Positions 24,528 to 37,581 of a stretch of DNA of 64,000 nt are shown here, piece after piece. The notes under the pieces are model-generated. The model was not told the DNA's origin. It did not search any database and saw nothing but the letters and a program-made list of their open reading frames with translations. Made by a program: the position numbers and the translations under genes. Source of the stretch: Somniosus microcephalus (Eukaryota); contig CM126226.1 of NCBI GenBank assembly GCA_052327205.1, forward strand, positions 25,792,001 to 25,856,000, in the 5' to 3' direction. How positions within the stretch are numbered: the first letter of the stretch is position 1; every line of letters starts with the position of its first letter.

Positions 24528-24849
24528 CAGGAAACTTTGTGATATCCGGGACCGAGCTGTTGCCATCCCATCAAAACTGCCGGACAACCAGCGCTAATAT
24601 TAAAACATATGGAAGCTTTTGAGCTCCGTATCTAGCAACAAACTCTGTTGCTTAGCAACAGCTTCTAAACAGTTGGCCGTAGCTTGCAAGCGTCTCTGTA
24701 GCTAAGCAACAGCTTCAGCGAGACCTTGCAGAGCCTGACTGGTGGAAAAAGCAACGAAAAGAAAAAAAACTTACTGAACCGACTCCTGAATTTTGCCGGT
24801 GGCTCGAGCATTCCAGACAGTTAACCTCCAGATAAACCAAAGTTTCCTG
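24528..24849 (+). mobile_element. Tigger/pogo-type MITE family A, copy 1
   Basis: TA|caggaaactttg ... caaagtttcctg|TA; highly similar to the copies at 32544, 45586 and 47283. Confidence 0.9.
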
Positions 24850-26399
24850 TACTTTTGTGGGACACTTAGTTGCCCATAACGGAGCCTGTGGGACCCTGTT
24901 TGGAACGGCCCAGGCTCTTCTACTCTCTTCACTTCTCTTTGGTGAGTTGGAACTTATTTGTTTATTTTCCTTTCAATTTAAAGCTTTAGATCTACCACCT
25001 GTGAGCTCGGCCTCATTAGCTCCTGCTCCACTACCACTGGTGGAATAGTGGAAACACTGGGAGCTTGCTAACGGTGACCCAGTGTTTATTGCACTTTACA
25101 CATCATTTATTGTTTGGATATTCTAGAATTTGTAGCAATTTGTGTTAACAGATGTGTGGATTGCAGTGTCATTGGCTCAGTTCACCCTTGTGAAGGAATT
25201 TTCTCCATGATGAGATGTTGCCAAGATCTGCCGTCTACTTTCTAGTGTTTGGGATTTCCTTTTGTATTATAACTTGAATTTTTAAATAGCTGGTGAACTT
25301 AAAAATGTTGTTTTCTGATTGGTGGAAAAGGACTGTGGAAATACATTCTGGCAACCAAAATAGTGGTGCAGAAGAACCAGATCTTTGTGGGTCATGGGCC
25401 ACTGTTTGGAGACCTTTGCTGTACAGGTGCTGGGTTTGATCCCAGCCCCTGTAGTATAACTGGCCCTTTAGAGATTATTTTTTCACAATCTCCTTTACAA
25501 AAAGGGTTTAAATTAACATTTCTCTGGCACTCGTGGTTACAGACCAACGGCACAAATTTGAATTTTTTTCACCATTTACTGCATTTTCTATTAAGCTTAA
25601 CCAGGCCTTTCAACATCTGTTAATATTTTTCTGCAGCAAGTACTGGTTAGGCCCTATGCTACTTTGTCTGTCATCCAGTAAAATTTATATACACTCCAGT
25701 CATTGTGATGAAACTGTGATGTGTTTACAAACCTGAATTTAAAAAAAGACTAATGTGCAGAACACAAAAGGCTTATTGATACTTGAATTATGCATGTTGG
25801 CAAGTACTGGATACCCTCCCCTATTAGCTTTGTGGGTAAATGCATTGTGTATTGTGGGATACGGACACAGCTTTGATCTCTAACTGAGCTACTCAATTTT
25901 AGCCACAATGACAATAAATGTGGTACATTTGGCCTCAACATCCCCAGACTAGTGAGTGGAAAATTGGCCAAGATTACCATTCCTGGGCCTCCTGCAGCAA
26001 TTCCTGAGGGAAGTTTGTGCGTGTGTGAGAACAAAATCAAGGTTGGAGTTTAACCTCATGATCAAACATCCCATCTGCTCTCACTGTCCACTGTGTGTGA
26101 AGAATAGATATGTGGGCAAAATACTGCAGGACCTCTCCCCATGGAAGAATCATCCCAGCCTGAATCACCTTCAGAAAAGCAGGGGTAAGCAGACAAAATT
26201 AGAGAATCTTTTTTAACAAGAACTTTGAGTTCATGAGAGTTGGGTCTAACTGCCACATTCAGTCACAAAGACTTGATGTTGTATTCCTTTTACAGTGTCT
26301 GTTCTTTCTCATTTCTTGTCTTTTACTGTGTAACAAGCTGGCTGAAGTTTGTAGCCTTGGAGGGCTCTCTGACCCACTGATTGCTATTTTTTTTTGCAG

Positions 26400-26523
26400 A
26401 GATACTCAAGGCAACTGTCACCTCCTACGAGTGGAGATCACTCTGAAAGGAGCAACGTACCATATTGCATTCAGTAACTCTGAACAGCTGCCGCCACCAT
26501 TCCGCATCGACAACTTTTCAGAG
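26400..26523 (+). CDS. VPS13D: VPS13D exon 13 of 25
   Basis: ttgcag|A GAT..TCA GAG|gtaagt; DTQGNCHLLRVEITLKGATYHIAFSNSEQLPPPFRIDNFSE; 124 nt. Confidence 0.95.
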
Positions 26524-27473
26524 GTAAGTCACTATAGGCCATTTTTAACACAATACAGAGCTACAGTACAATTCACATTTTGCAATCACAGCTCCTCATA
26601 GATCCTGAAGGAGAAAGCACAAAACTAATTGCAAACAATTTATCTCCTCTGTGTGTAGTCACCACAAATAGGAGATGGCTCAACCTGCAGAAGTTTTATG
26701 TGTTAGACCTGTTAAGATTTATACAAAGTTGACTGGTTACGTCTACAGAACAAGTCAATCTTTAGACTTTTGGCACTTGGTTGGCTAGAAAACTGACCTT
26801 TGGAGGGAGTTTCAGCCAGTTGTTCCACCTCCAAAATGAATCTAACAAACACAGGGGGAAAAAAAGACAAGAAATGTATTTAACCTTTAAAAATTAAGTT
26901 AAGACAGTTGGGTTATATTAGCTAGAAATAACGTGACATTTAAATTAAAGTGAATGGTGAGAAAAGAGCACAGGCAAGCAAAATACACACAATGTTATTT
27001 AAAATTGCTTATATGTTTATGTTATTGGGTTAATATAACAGTGCTAAAATTATTCTCGACATTCAAGTCAATTTTTGGCCGTATTTGTTTCAGTATCACA
27101 GTATATGACTGCAAACATTATTAAAAAGTCATAAGGGAGACCAGAATCCCTGAACCGGCACCATTTTAAACTAGGTCGCTCAATGTGTAGGAACCCAGCA
27201 TTGGTCGAGGGTAACTTCATTGTTCTTGTTACCATGGATTGAGTCCCAAGATCAAATCACCTTGAATTTACAGTGCTTCTGCTTTTGTGTTTCCACCTCT
27301 GATTTCTATTTGTTCATGGTAGCTTTGAAAGTGCTACGGTGTAACCATTTCTGCTGTCTGGCAGGTGCAAGCAGCTAGAGAACAGGCTGTTATACCAATG
27401 TCATGGAGTACTGAAACATGTGTTCAGCCTTCACAGCAAGTTCATGATCTCCCCTCTTTCTCTGTTGTATCAG

Positions 27474-27709
27474 GTTGCAGTTATTTTCAACCAACATGGC
27501 GTGGCAGAGCCAAGACTAAAGACCGAGGTAAAACCAGCCAGCTCACTGGATTATGCCTGGGACGAACCTGTCCTTCAGCCTTTCATCACGCTGACAGTGA
27601 AAGGGGCAGGTTCATCGGAAATTACCTGTGATATGAATGACTTCAAAGAGTCCAAACAGCTTTACTATGAAAATTTCATCTACATCGCTGCTACACATAC
27701 CTTCTCTGG
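27474..27709 (+). CDS. VPS13D: VPS13D exon 14 of 25
   Basis: tatcag|GTT..TCT GG|gtaggc; VAVIFNQHGVAEPRL..LDYAWDEP..LYYENFIYIAATHTFS; 236 nt. Confidence 0.95.
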
Positions 27710-28641
27710 GTAGGCTTCAGATTTCTGTTGCCCGGAATTACATTTCCAGTCAGCTTTTTAATATTCTTTATTGGTTTTGATTAATTGGCTGGAACTTTAG
27801 GAGCATGAAGTGGTGGTCTCGAACTGTTGTCATGTGCTTTCAAAAGGCATTTTCAGCTAAAAGAAAGAAATGTATTGTTTCTATATTGTTGGCTGCATTT
27901 CAGTTTAGAGTCTAGAGTTCTAGAGGAAACAAGGGAATCTCCGACTCTAAGCTCAAATGCAGCCAACGATATTGCGCTACAGCTCACAGAAGTTATTTCC
28001 ATAACTGTGTATTCAAAAACTGACCTCTTAGTGCGTGCTGAAGATAGATAATCAGAGAGAAGTGTGTAGTCAAGGTAGGTAGTCAGAAGGGAAGATTTTA
28101 AGAATAAGTCTTGCTGGAGAAGAAACCTACATCATTTTTGTTTTGAAAACGTTAAACAATTTAATGACTCCTGTGTTGTCTCTCCATTTCTTCCCATGCC
28201 AAGATCAACTTAGCTGGTGGAACAACGTGTTTGTGGTCTTGCAAAACTGTGCCACAGATTTACATGTTTGCACAAGTGACCGCGTACACAGTATCTTCCA
28301 GAGCGACGTCAGGCGACTCTCACACAAGAAAGCAAGAAAAGCCAAATGGAGTTTCAAAAGTGGTGAGGGGAGCTGACTGGAACAAAGTTTCCTACCTGCT
28401 CCTTGGCCAGTGAGCGGACTATTTCAGAGCTGATGGGGGAGAGACATGTAAATAAAGAGCCCAGATCTTCTGCAAAGCTAATGCTGCCTGGTTCTGGAGG
28501 AAACAAGAGAATCTCCAACTGCAAGCTCAAAGAGCCCAGAAAGCCTTTTAAAATAAGAGAGCAGCTTACACACACATTCTGAGAAATATGTTCAGATCCA
28601 AGTTATCTAGTTGCAGCGGAATCCAGTGCTTGGAAGACGAA

Positions 28642-28847
28642 AGGGATAAGTTTCCAACTTTGTGCTCCTGACAGGGAACCTTACCCACTGATGGCACATA
28701 TTGGAAATTCAGGCACACACTGCACAATATTTTCTGAACATTAATTTAAATGGTCAGAATATTATATTCTGCGTGCTCATATTTCTGGTGTGTGTTGCCA
28801 GCTGGCAAGGTTCCCTGCGGGGAGCGTGAAGTCTGAAAAGTGCCCCA
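28642..28847. mobile_element. Old fold-back MITE-like element
   Basis: Imperfect ~75-bp inverted arms (actttgtgctcctgacagggaacctt / aaggttccctgcggggagcgtgaagt), GGG..CCC ends. Confidence 0.55.
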
Positions 28848-29034
28848 TAATACTCTCTTCTGGTCACGGTTTAAAGGTCTTAAGTGACGTGAGTGTGAAA
28901 TAATGAATTGTAGTGTCAAACAGTGTTTATAATTGTGATTCTTATACTCTTGATGGTTTCTGCAGTGTTATAACTAGCTTTATATTATAGCTAAAATATC
29001 CCATTGTTAATTTTAAACTATAGTGTGAGCTAAT

Positions 29035-29465
29035 GTGTCAGCTGTGGCTCAGTTGGTCGCACTTTCATCTCTAAGTCTGAAGTTTGTGGATTCAAGCCCC
29101 GCTATAGAGACTTGAGCACAATCTAGGCTGACACGTCAGTGCACTGCCGGCGGTGCCGTCTTTCAGATGAGATGTTAAACCGAGGCCCCACCTGCCCTCT
29201 CGGGTGGAAAAATCCCCTGACACTATTTGAAGAAGAGCAGGAGAATTCGCCCAGTGTCCTGGCCAACATTTATCTTTCAACCAACAGCACCAAAACAGAT
29301 TATCTGATCATTTATCTTCTTGCTGTTTGTGGCACCTTGCTGTGCACTGTTGGCTGCCGTGTTTCCTTACGTTAAATCAGTCACTCCACTTCGAAAGTAT
29401 TTCATTGGCTGTGAAGCGCTTTGGGATGACCTGAGGTGGTGAAAGGTGCTCTATAGATGCATGAT
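29035..29465 (+). mobile_element. Deu-domain SINE (SacSINE1/AmnSINE1-like) with tRNA-derived head and L2-like tail
   Basis: A box tggctcagttgg, B-box-like gattcaagcc, central gtctttcagatgagatgttaaaccgaggcccc..gaagaagagcagg..gtcctggccaa core. Confidence 0.8.
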
Positions 29466-29518
29466 TGTTCTTAATCAAATCTGGCATGTTAAATTTGTGG
29501 GTTTTTTTTTTAAATCAG

Positions 29519-29636
29519 GCTCATGGAATCTTCTGGGAGGCCAGTTGCTCGAGGTTCAGGAAAGAAAAATATTAGATTTGCAGAATTAGTTCTGGATGTT
29601 GCCCCCAAAACTGGAAGAGTGATACTGAAGAAAAAG
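29519..29636 (+). CDS. VPS13D: VPS13D exon 15 of 25
   Basis: aatcag|G CTC ATG..AAA AAG|gtaaaa; LMESSGRPVARGSGKKNIRFAELVLDVAPKTGRVILKKK; 118 nt. Confidence 0.93.
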
Positions 29637-29909
29637 GTAAAAAAAAAAAAAATTACATCTGTGCAGAAATCTTATCTTAACTGTTGTTTTTTCCAACTGT
29701 GTTGCAAGGAACATTTTCAATGCAGTTTGCATTGAACAGAAGCTATAGATACAACCTATCAGTAAGACTGTAAATATGTTATACCCCTTCCAAAACACAC
29801 GCGTGTACGTGTACTTTCCCCGTTCCTCTCCAGAAGATGTTGACACTTGCTGAGGTATGGTTCTACCTCTTCCGCAGCTATTCATCATAGAGGAGCCTAG
29901 ACAGTGAGT

Positions 29910-30432
29910 AAGATCATAAGAAATAGGCGTCGGCAATTCGGCCCCTCGAGCTTGCTCTGCCATTCAATAAGATCATGGCTGATCTTCTACCTCAACTCCA
30001 CTTTCCTGCCCGATCTCTATATCCCTTGATTCCCTTAATATTCAAAAATCTATCAATCTCTGTCTTGAATATACTCAACGACTGAGCCTCCACAGCCTCT
30101 GGGGTAGAGAATTCCAAAGATTCACCACCCTCTGAGTGAAGAAATTGCTCTTCATCTCAGTCCTAAATGGCCGACCCCTTATTCTGAGACTGTGACCCCT
30201 GGTTCTAGACTCCCCAGCCAGCGGAAACATCCTCCCTGCATCTACCCTGTCAAGCCCTGTAAGAATTTTGTATGTTTCAATGAGATCACCTCTCATTCTT
30301 TTAAATGCCAGAGAATATAGACCTAGTCTACTCAATCTCTCCTCATAGGACAATCCCCCCATCCCAGGAACCAGTCTGGTGAACCTTTGTTGCACTCCCT
30401 CTATGGCAAGTATATCCTTCCTTAGATAAGGC
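29910..30432 (-). mobile_element. CR1 LINE 3' fragment
   Basis: ORF 30075-30395: QRFTRLVPGMGGLSYEERLSRLGLYSL..RGDLIETYKIL. Confidence 0.92.
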
Positions 30433-31501
30433 AGACTGGCATGTTGGCAGACTGCTTAACCATGGAGAATATAACAGCTGAGCCCAATTCTATTCTAACT
30501 AGATAGCAATCTCTCCCCCTTCCCAGCCCAGGGCACCGATGTCAATTGTAGCACTACTTCACAGATCAGCTAATTCAGCACAGACCAAGGATTGTACTGA
30601 GGATCGCCTTGGTCTGTATGTCTTGGCAGCATACCAGGCAGCGACGTTATAAACTGAGCCTCTGAAGGAGCCAGTTTTAATTTATTTTTAACTATTCTGT
30701 TAGCCACTCATTGCTGGCGGGGATATGCATTTTTATTCTGTATACAAGGCTGTATTTGGTGGAGAGGAGAGGAATAATGGTCTTTGCTGGATTCAGTCAC
30801 AGGCACTTGCATCTGAGAGTTGTTGATAGGATGAGGGAGTTGAGAACAGCAGCAGGACGAGTGGAACAAAACCAATATAGCAGTTATAGGCCTGTTAATA
30901 AAGAGTTGATCAGGTTGGTACTGAGGGGAGACCTACAGTAAACAGAAACTTTTTAAAAGATCTAAGCTTTGTAGCTTAAGATTGCATGTCCTGTGAGAGG
31001 TAGTGCACAGAGAATCAGTAGTCCTGTGCTCCTGTTTACTTCAAGCTTAATTGAAAGCTCCAGCCGCGTGGTTCGGGGTGTGTAAGAATTCCCTGATGGC
31101 TTAGGGGGAAGGGGAGATAAGTCGAGGTTCCTACTCCTGATCACAATCCAGTGATTCCCTTCTGGAATGCACATGTGTATGATCGTTGATTGAGGACAGG
31201 ATTTAGCTTGGCTGCAATGTCCTTCATGGTTGGATAGCCAATTGGAACAAGTGTAACAAGCCTTGTACATGAAGAATGACCAGAAGGTACTAGAGGCAAC
31301 CAGTGCCCTGAAACTATAGCCCAGTAAGTGTAGATGCTAGGAGGGGTCAGGAAAAAATATTGCAGTTAAACTAAATTTATTGCTTGACAGAAATATTTTG
31401 TTATACTTCGCTTGTGTTAAGTCACAGTTATAGTATATGTCTTGTTCAGTACTTTAACCTATAACCCATACTAAAATTCTGCTTCAACTTTGTAAATCCA
31501 G

Positions 31502-31665
31502 GAACCAGGTAAAAGATCACAGCTTTGGCGCATGACTGGCAGTGGGATGTTATGCCATGAAGGCTCTTCTCCTCCTCATAACCCCAACAAACCCTCCTCC
31601 AGTAGACAGCCAAACTCTGGATTGGTCCTGGACATTGCAGGCTTGGCTGCCGTCACTGACTACAG
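31502..31665 (+). CDS. VPS13D: VPS13D exon 16 of 25 (ricin-B-like QxW motif)
   Basis: atccag|GAA CCA..TAC AG|gtaaac; EPGKRSQLWRMTGSGMLCHEGSSPPHNPNKP..VLDIAGLAAVTDY; 164 nt; not in ORF track. Confidence 0.95.
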
Positions 31666-31936
31666 GTAAACTAGGGCAAGGTGAACCAGGGGAAGAAGAC
31701 ATTCCTGTTTAGTCACCTATAGAGTGCATGTTGGGTGATAGGAGTTTAAGTTTTAACATTCTGATGGGAAATAAAAGCATCCAGATTTTGTGAGCCATTA
31801 AAAGGCTGTGCGGAACTGTAAACCATCTTCTTGTGTTATCTAAGTAGAAAATTCATCTCCTTCACAAGTGTCAACGGTTCAACAATGACACAAAGATTCA
31901 AGATTTGATTCCCAATCTGATCATTATCCAGTGATA

Positions 31937-32180
31937 CAACAACAACTTGTATTTATATAACGCCTTTAACGTAGTAAAACGTCCCAAGGCGCTGCACAGG
32001 AGTATTTTAAGACACAAAATTTGACACCAAGCAACATAAGGAGAAATTAGGGCAGGTGACCAAAAGCTTGGGCAAAGAGGTAGGTTTTAAGGAGCGTCTT
32101 AAAGGAGGAAAGAGAGGTAGTGAGGAGGACAGGTTTAGGCAGGGAATTCCAGAGCTTAGTTCCTAGGCAACAGAAGGCAC
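31937..32180 (-). mobile_element. L2-type LINE 3' fragment
   Basis: (caa)n tail followed by ttgtatttatataacgcctttaacgtagtaaaacgtcccaaggcgc; shared with 7950 and 21166. Confidence 0.72.
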
Positions 32181-32543
32181 TTGATAGTGACATCAATTTC
32201 TGCTTTACTTGTAGGGGCGTATTAGGGGAATTAATAGTTTCCCAATATGGCTCTTAATTTACATCAGCCCTCTATGTTGCCTTTAATAAATCAAGTAGAG
32301 TGCGAGGATGACACAATATTCCAGTGTTTTGCTTGATTACCTTTGGGGATTGGAGTATTTAGGAAAATCTTTTCCTCGGGACGTTAAATAGATGTCTACA
32401 GTAAGGGACACTGTACATAATCTGTGAAAGGACTAGACTGTATTGGAGAAATGGCCTTTTCTTGATGGTTCTAGAACATCTTGCTGAATTTGCCCTGGCA
32501 CAGTTCAGTGCTACAGTGTGGTCTTCCAAGGCTTTCCCACATA

Positions 32544-32878
32544 CAGGAAACTTTCTGGTATCCGGCACTGACTGGACCGAGCTGATGCCGGTCGATCAAC
32601 ACTGCCGGAGAAACGAGCGCTAATGTTTAAACATACGGAGCTCCGAGCTCCGTCTGAAGCAACAAACCTGTTGCTTAGCAACAGCTTCAAAACAGCCGGT
32701 GCAGCTTGCAAGCGTCTCTGTAGCTAAGCAACAGCTTCAGCTAGATGCTTGCAGAGCTACAAATAGAGAAAAAAAGCAACGAAAAGTTTAAAAAAAAGTT
32801 ATCTGAACCGACTCCTGAATTTTGCCGGTGGATAGAGCATTCTGGATATTTAACCTCTGTTTAAATGAAAGTTTCCTG
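32544..32878 (+). mobile_element. Tigger/pogo-type MITE family A, copy 2
   Basis: TA|caggaaactttc ... gaaagtttcctg|TA. Confidence 0.88.
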
Positions 32879-33370
32879 TAATGAGATTCCAATCCAGCCA
32901 TCCCACATCGTCCTAGTTTTTCTCTCCTCCTTTGAAAGCGATGAATCTTGCGCTGTCAGCACTCCAGTTCCTCAGCCAAGTGACCATTCTTCAATTTTTA
33001 TTGATTGCAGGCTGGCTATTCAGCGGTTGATGGGGATGCATCACAGCTTAACTTGAACCTGTTATTTCCCAATGTCCACACTTGCTCAGTCTGGCAGGAA
33101 TCACTGAATTGCAATTGGGAGCAGAAACCCCCAACTAACTTTTCCCTCATTAGTTCAGGGAAGCTGCGAGACCAATTGTTACGGCCCAGATGTCACCCTG
33201 ATTTCACACCGACTGGGTATTGAGCCTGAGATTTTCTATTCTGTCATTTATTACTACATCGGGCAGTATATTTATCCATTAGGCCAACAAGAAAGCGCTT
33301 TATATTAAGTTGCACAGTGTGTATGGGAATTTGTATATATCATTTACCCCTCACTTTCTGTCTGTTGCAG

Positions 33371-33479
33371 ATATGAGCCACTCATGCTGAAAAAGCCAGA
33401 GCGGCGTCGCAACAGTACACAGACATGGTATTTCCGAGATGGCCGAATGAGCTGCAGCATGCCAAGAATGGTAGTACAG
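33371..33479 (+). CDS. VPS13D: VPS13D exon 17 of 25 (QxW motif)
   Basis: ttgcag|A TAT..GTA CAG|gtaaaa; YEPLMLKKPERRRNSTQTWYFRDGRMSCSMPRMVVQ; 109 nt. Confidence 0.94.
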
Positions 33480-33958
33480 GTAAAAACAACAGCCGTGGCA
33501 GAATAAACCTTCACACCATCCTATTTCACCCACCAATAAGTGGCTTTGCAACCGACTCAGTAGAGTCACTTTGGCTCTATCTATCCTCACAGTCTGCATA
33601 ATGAGAAAATGAGATGGGTGGGGGGGGGGAGGGAGGTGGAAAAGTCACGCTGGACGATTTCAAGATGTCCCTTATTGTTGATGGGTGAGCGGGATTGGTG
33701 CGGGTTCAGATACTTTAAGCAGCAAGTATATACGTTTGTGGAATTATCAAGGGATGTTGCCGCATGCCACGCATTCGAGCTACACATGGGTGCTTTGTTG
33801 CTAATCTGCACCCATACTCGACCCATATGTGCTCAGCACGTTAACCAGGTACAGGGTGGGAATATGCTCTGACCTTTTTCCTCGCACCCTTTTTAATGCG
33901 CTTGTGAGGGTATTGATTGTCAGTGAACTGTATCTTGAATCTGTGCTCATTTATCTAG

Positions 33959-34135
33959 ACAACGAAAGGCATTTCAGGCTTATACGATGGAGCAGAGGTA
34001 GTACTGGGTCCAGAACCTTCGCTTGGCCTGGAGCCAGTTCCAGTCGAGCAGCAGTTCATAAACCAGAAGATGAGACCTGGTTCAGGAGTTCTGTCTTTGC
34101 GCGTCATTCCTGATGGTCCAACACGAGTGTTGCAG
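33959..34135 (+). CDS. VPS13D: VPS13D exon 18 of 25
   Basis: atctag|ACA ACG..TTG CAG|gtaatc; TTKGISGLYDGAEVVLGP..EQQFINQKMRPGSGVLSLRVIPDGPTRVLQ; 177 nt. Confidence 0.94.
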
Positions 34136-34194
34136 GTAATCTGCTGCCTATTAGATAGCAAACAACTCAACTAAAATGTAAGATTAGTTAATCA

Positions 34195-36540
34195 AACATC
34201 ATCATCAAACCTGCTGACAAAGAGGGCACTGTTGTCATATGGTAGAAGATAATTTTTGTGGCTGAGGCTGATGACCACTCCATCTGCCTCTGGATCATGA
34301 CTCCACTACCAAACACTAAAACATAATTTCCCAGACTATTAACAGTTTTATTTCTTGAGGAGATCGCCCCCCCACTGCCTCCAACTTTGTTATTCTCAAA
34401 CCCGATACAGGGTATTTCAACCTCCTCGTCAAAATACATAAACAGGACTCCCCCAGTAGACCAGTTGTTTGAACCTGCTCCTGTCGCACGAATCTAATTT
34501 CTTCTTATCTTGAGTCTATTCTTCCACACCCCTCCCCCTTGTCCAGTCTCTACCCACCTATACCAACGACTCTTCTGACACCACCTGCCACTTTGATAAT
34601 TTCAGGTTATCTGACGTCAATCACCCCTTCACCATGGACATACAACCTCTCTAAACCTCCACCCATTACCAAACAGCGGTCCAATCAGTTCCCATTCATC
34701 ACCACCCTTCTCTCCACTTGAACAACTACTCCTTTAACTCCACTTCCTCAGGTAAAAGGTGTCTCACTAGGATCCCAATTACGTCCTAGCTGTGCGTTTG
34801 TTTATTGAGATATGTGGAACACTCTTTATTCCATTGCTGATTATGCCTCCTTCTTGACCATTGCCTCCATTACATTGACAACTGTCAGTACTGCTTCCAC
34901 CCCTGGTCTAATCTTGAGATTTTCAATTTCCACCCATCCCTCAGCTTTACATAGTACATCCATGACTCTTCCTGGACTTCTCTTTTTCCATCTGGCAATG
35001 GGTTTTCCACAAACATCTATTACTGACTCCCGCAAATACCTGGACATACATCGTCCTACCATAGTTTCTGTAAAGACTCCATCCCTTTCTCCCTGTTTCT
35101 TTATCTTTTTTGCGTTTGGTCTGATGACTCCACTTTCCTTGTCAGAACTTCTAAAATGTTCTACTTTTTCCTCAACCAAGGATTCCCTGCGACAGTGGTC
35201 GATAAGACTCCTGGTCATATTTGCCCCATTTCTTGTACCTGTGGTCACATCCCCTACTCTCATGGAAACAAGATCCTTTTTTTCCTCGCTGTCTACCCCA
35301 TCAGCCTCTGCATTCATCAGATTACTTGTCATTCTGTCTACAAAATTCCACTGCCAAGCGTAGCTTCCCTGCGTTCTTCACCATTCTCTCCAGGATGCCC
35401 TTGTTTACTCTTCCAGAATCCCAACTTCCAGCTGCCCTTCCTCAGCATCTTCACATGCAACAGCAGCAGATACAACACTTACTTATTCAACTGCTCCTAC
35501 GCTAAAGACCAGGGTTCCAAACATTCCTTCAGTGTGAGACGCAGTGGGCTGGATTTTCATTGAGGAGGCGGGTAGGAGGCGGGACTACAACTTTCGGGGT
35601 TGTAGTCCCGCCTCCATCGAGTTGTAGCCAATCCACGCGATTTTGACTTGATTGACCTGGTTAAGCCCAGATTGACATTTCATCTGTCAAGACCTTTTGA
35701 CAGATGAAATATCAGTGTTTCACAGCTGTTTGAAGCTATCAAATGCTGACAATCTGTACTCTAAGTTAATTCCTTCCTCTCAGGATGATTTAGAGATCTC
35801 TCCGGAACAGAAAGCTGAATGCTGCAATTTTTGACAGATCGCGGCCATTCTGCTTTCTGTGCCGGTGAGATGAGGGACTCCCGAGACCTGAAGGAAGGAA
35901 GGCTGTAAAGGTAAGTAAAACTTCTTTAAACACACCAAACACACTTACCTCTGCACTCATGCACCCATCGCTCACCTGAACACCGGACACCTCGAACTCG
36001 CCAAGCCCTTCATCCCAACGGCCCACCTCGCTAACTTGCCGTGGTTTGGAGCTGTCGGGAATCCCACACTTCACCAATGAAAATAGGGATTAGGCTAAAA
36101 ACTGCCTGTTAACTACCTGTTAACAGGCAGTTAATTGGCACTAATCCCCTTCCCGCCTCGGGGAGGCGGGGTCCCAGCGCGGGTCGGGTACCCGCCTCTT
36201 GAAACTGGCATGGAGGCGGGTTGGCGGCGGGATGGGTTCGTGCACCCCCCCCCCCCCCCCGATTTCAGGATTTTAACCCCCCACATGCCTCCAATCCCGC
36301 CTCCACAGCTCAATGAAAATCCTGCCCAGTGTATTTCCTCCAATCTAGCACTGTAATAATAATTCCGTTTCTGCTGCTCATGATGTGGTCTCCTCTACAT
36401 TGGGGTACCCAAATATAGATTAGTTGACTGCTGTGCCAAACACCTGGGTTCCATCTACAAGTGTGACCCTGACCTTCCTGGGCTTAGCACTTTAACCACT
36501 CTGCCTCACTGGCTTTGGGCTTCCGTACCGTTCCAAATTC
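34195..36540 (+). mobile_element. Old degraded Penelope-like element, split by a MITE
   Basis: Colinear nucleotide similarity to 51620-53300 (atcaaacctgctgacaaag, accatggac, ctacattgggg..gtgaccctgaccttcc). Confidence 0.75.
35546..36327. mobile_element. PIF/Harbinger-like MITE
   Basis: TIRs gggctggattttcattgag / ctcaatgaaaatcctgccc (18/19 match); 3-bp TSD AGT; multiple internal hairpins. Confidence 0.88.
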
Positions 36541-37004
36541 AGGAATAGTTTGTCCTCTTTTCCTGGCCACTAACTTCAGATCTTAGCATCATTCCCATTT
36601 TCTTTACAGCTTGGGCTATTGGTGACATGGGTAAGCTTGTCTGTTCCAAACAGACAGGAAGTACGTTGATGTTTTTGGTACAAACCTTTTGTCCGAACAT
36701 AGTTCTGACCCAGGTTGTTGGCCTGTTTTTCTCTCTCTCCATAACTGACGAACCAGTATGTGCTTTCAGCAGTTTCTGTATTTCCCTCTTTTTTTTCTTT
36801 GTATGGCCCTCTTTTGTCTTTTTCATCTTTGCATGTTCTTTTAATGTCTTTCCATTGCTTCACTGAGTTGATCTTTTATATCATCTATCAGTTTTCTATT
36901 AAATAGGCTGCAGGTCAATCAATTAATTACTTCTTCTCTGTTTGGAATATCAGTAGTTTCTATCTCACCATCTCTTTTTGTCCTCAACCCTCCTGAAATG
37001 CTTA

Positions 37005-37198
37005 TACGATAGCAAAATACTGCGGATGCTGGAAATCCAAAATAACAACAGAAAACACTGGAAAAACTCAGCAGGCCAGGCAACATCCATGGAGAGAGAA
37101 ACGGAGTTAATGTTTCAGGCCGACCCGAAACGTTAACTCTGTTTCTCTCTCCACTGATGCTGCCTGGCCTGTTGAGTTTTTCCAGTGTTTTCTGTTGT
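37005..37198. repeat. Inverted pair of Penelope terminal repeats (fold-back)
   Basis: Arms ~37044-37119 and ~37125-37198 are reverse complements of each other; the sequence matches 53638-53748. Confidence 0.82.
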
Positions 37199-37461
37199 CA
37201 CTACTGAAATGCTTGTTTATCTTTCAGTTTTGAATTCTGACCAAGGATTATACCCAAAACATTAAACTGTCCTTTCCCTTGGTGCTATCTATGCCAGCAT
37301 GTTCTGCTTCTGTGTAAGATTAGTTTGTGGATTTCCCATAAATCTTGAATGGCAAATTTGTTTTCATTTATCTATTTGTAATAATGAAATTACACAGATC
37401 CCATTGACCCGATCAGTGATTTTAATTTAGTTGGTCTTCTGACCAATTTGGCTTGTTACAG

Positions 37462-37581
37462 ATTACTGACCTACAGCATCGCAGAACCAATCGCTCCCTC
37501 ACAGGAACTGAGGACTGTCCAATGGCAGAAATCGGTGAAATTCGGAAGTTAAAGAACTTGGAAGCTGAACAAGAGTTAGAG
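37462..37581 (+). CDS. VPS13D: VPS13D exon 19 of 25
   Basis: ttacag|ATT ACT..TTA GAG|gtctgt; ITDLQHRRTNRS..KLKNLEAEQELE; 120 nt. Confidence 0.92.

Noticed and set aside
34812-35363. Overlapping 183-aa (+) and 163-aa (-) ORFs; also 51832-52395 (-) and the first part of 52202-53380
   Set aside because: Off-frame or antisense readings of Penelope sequence, not independent genes.
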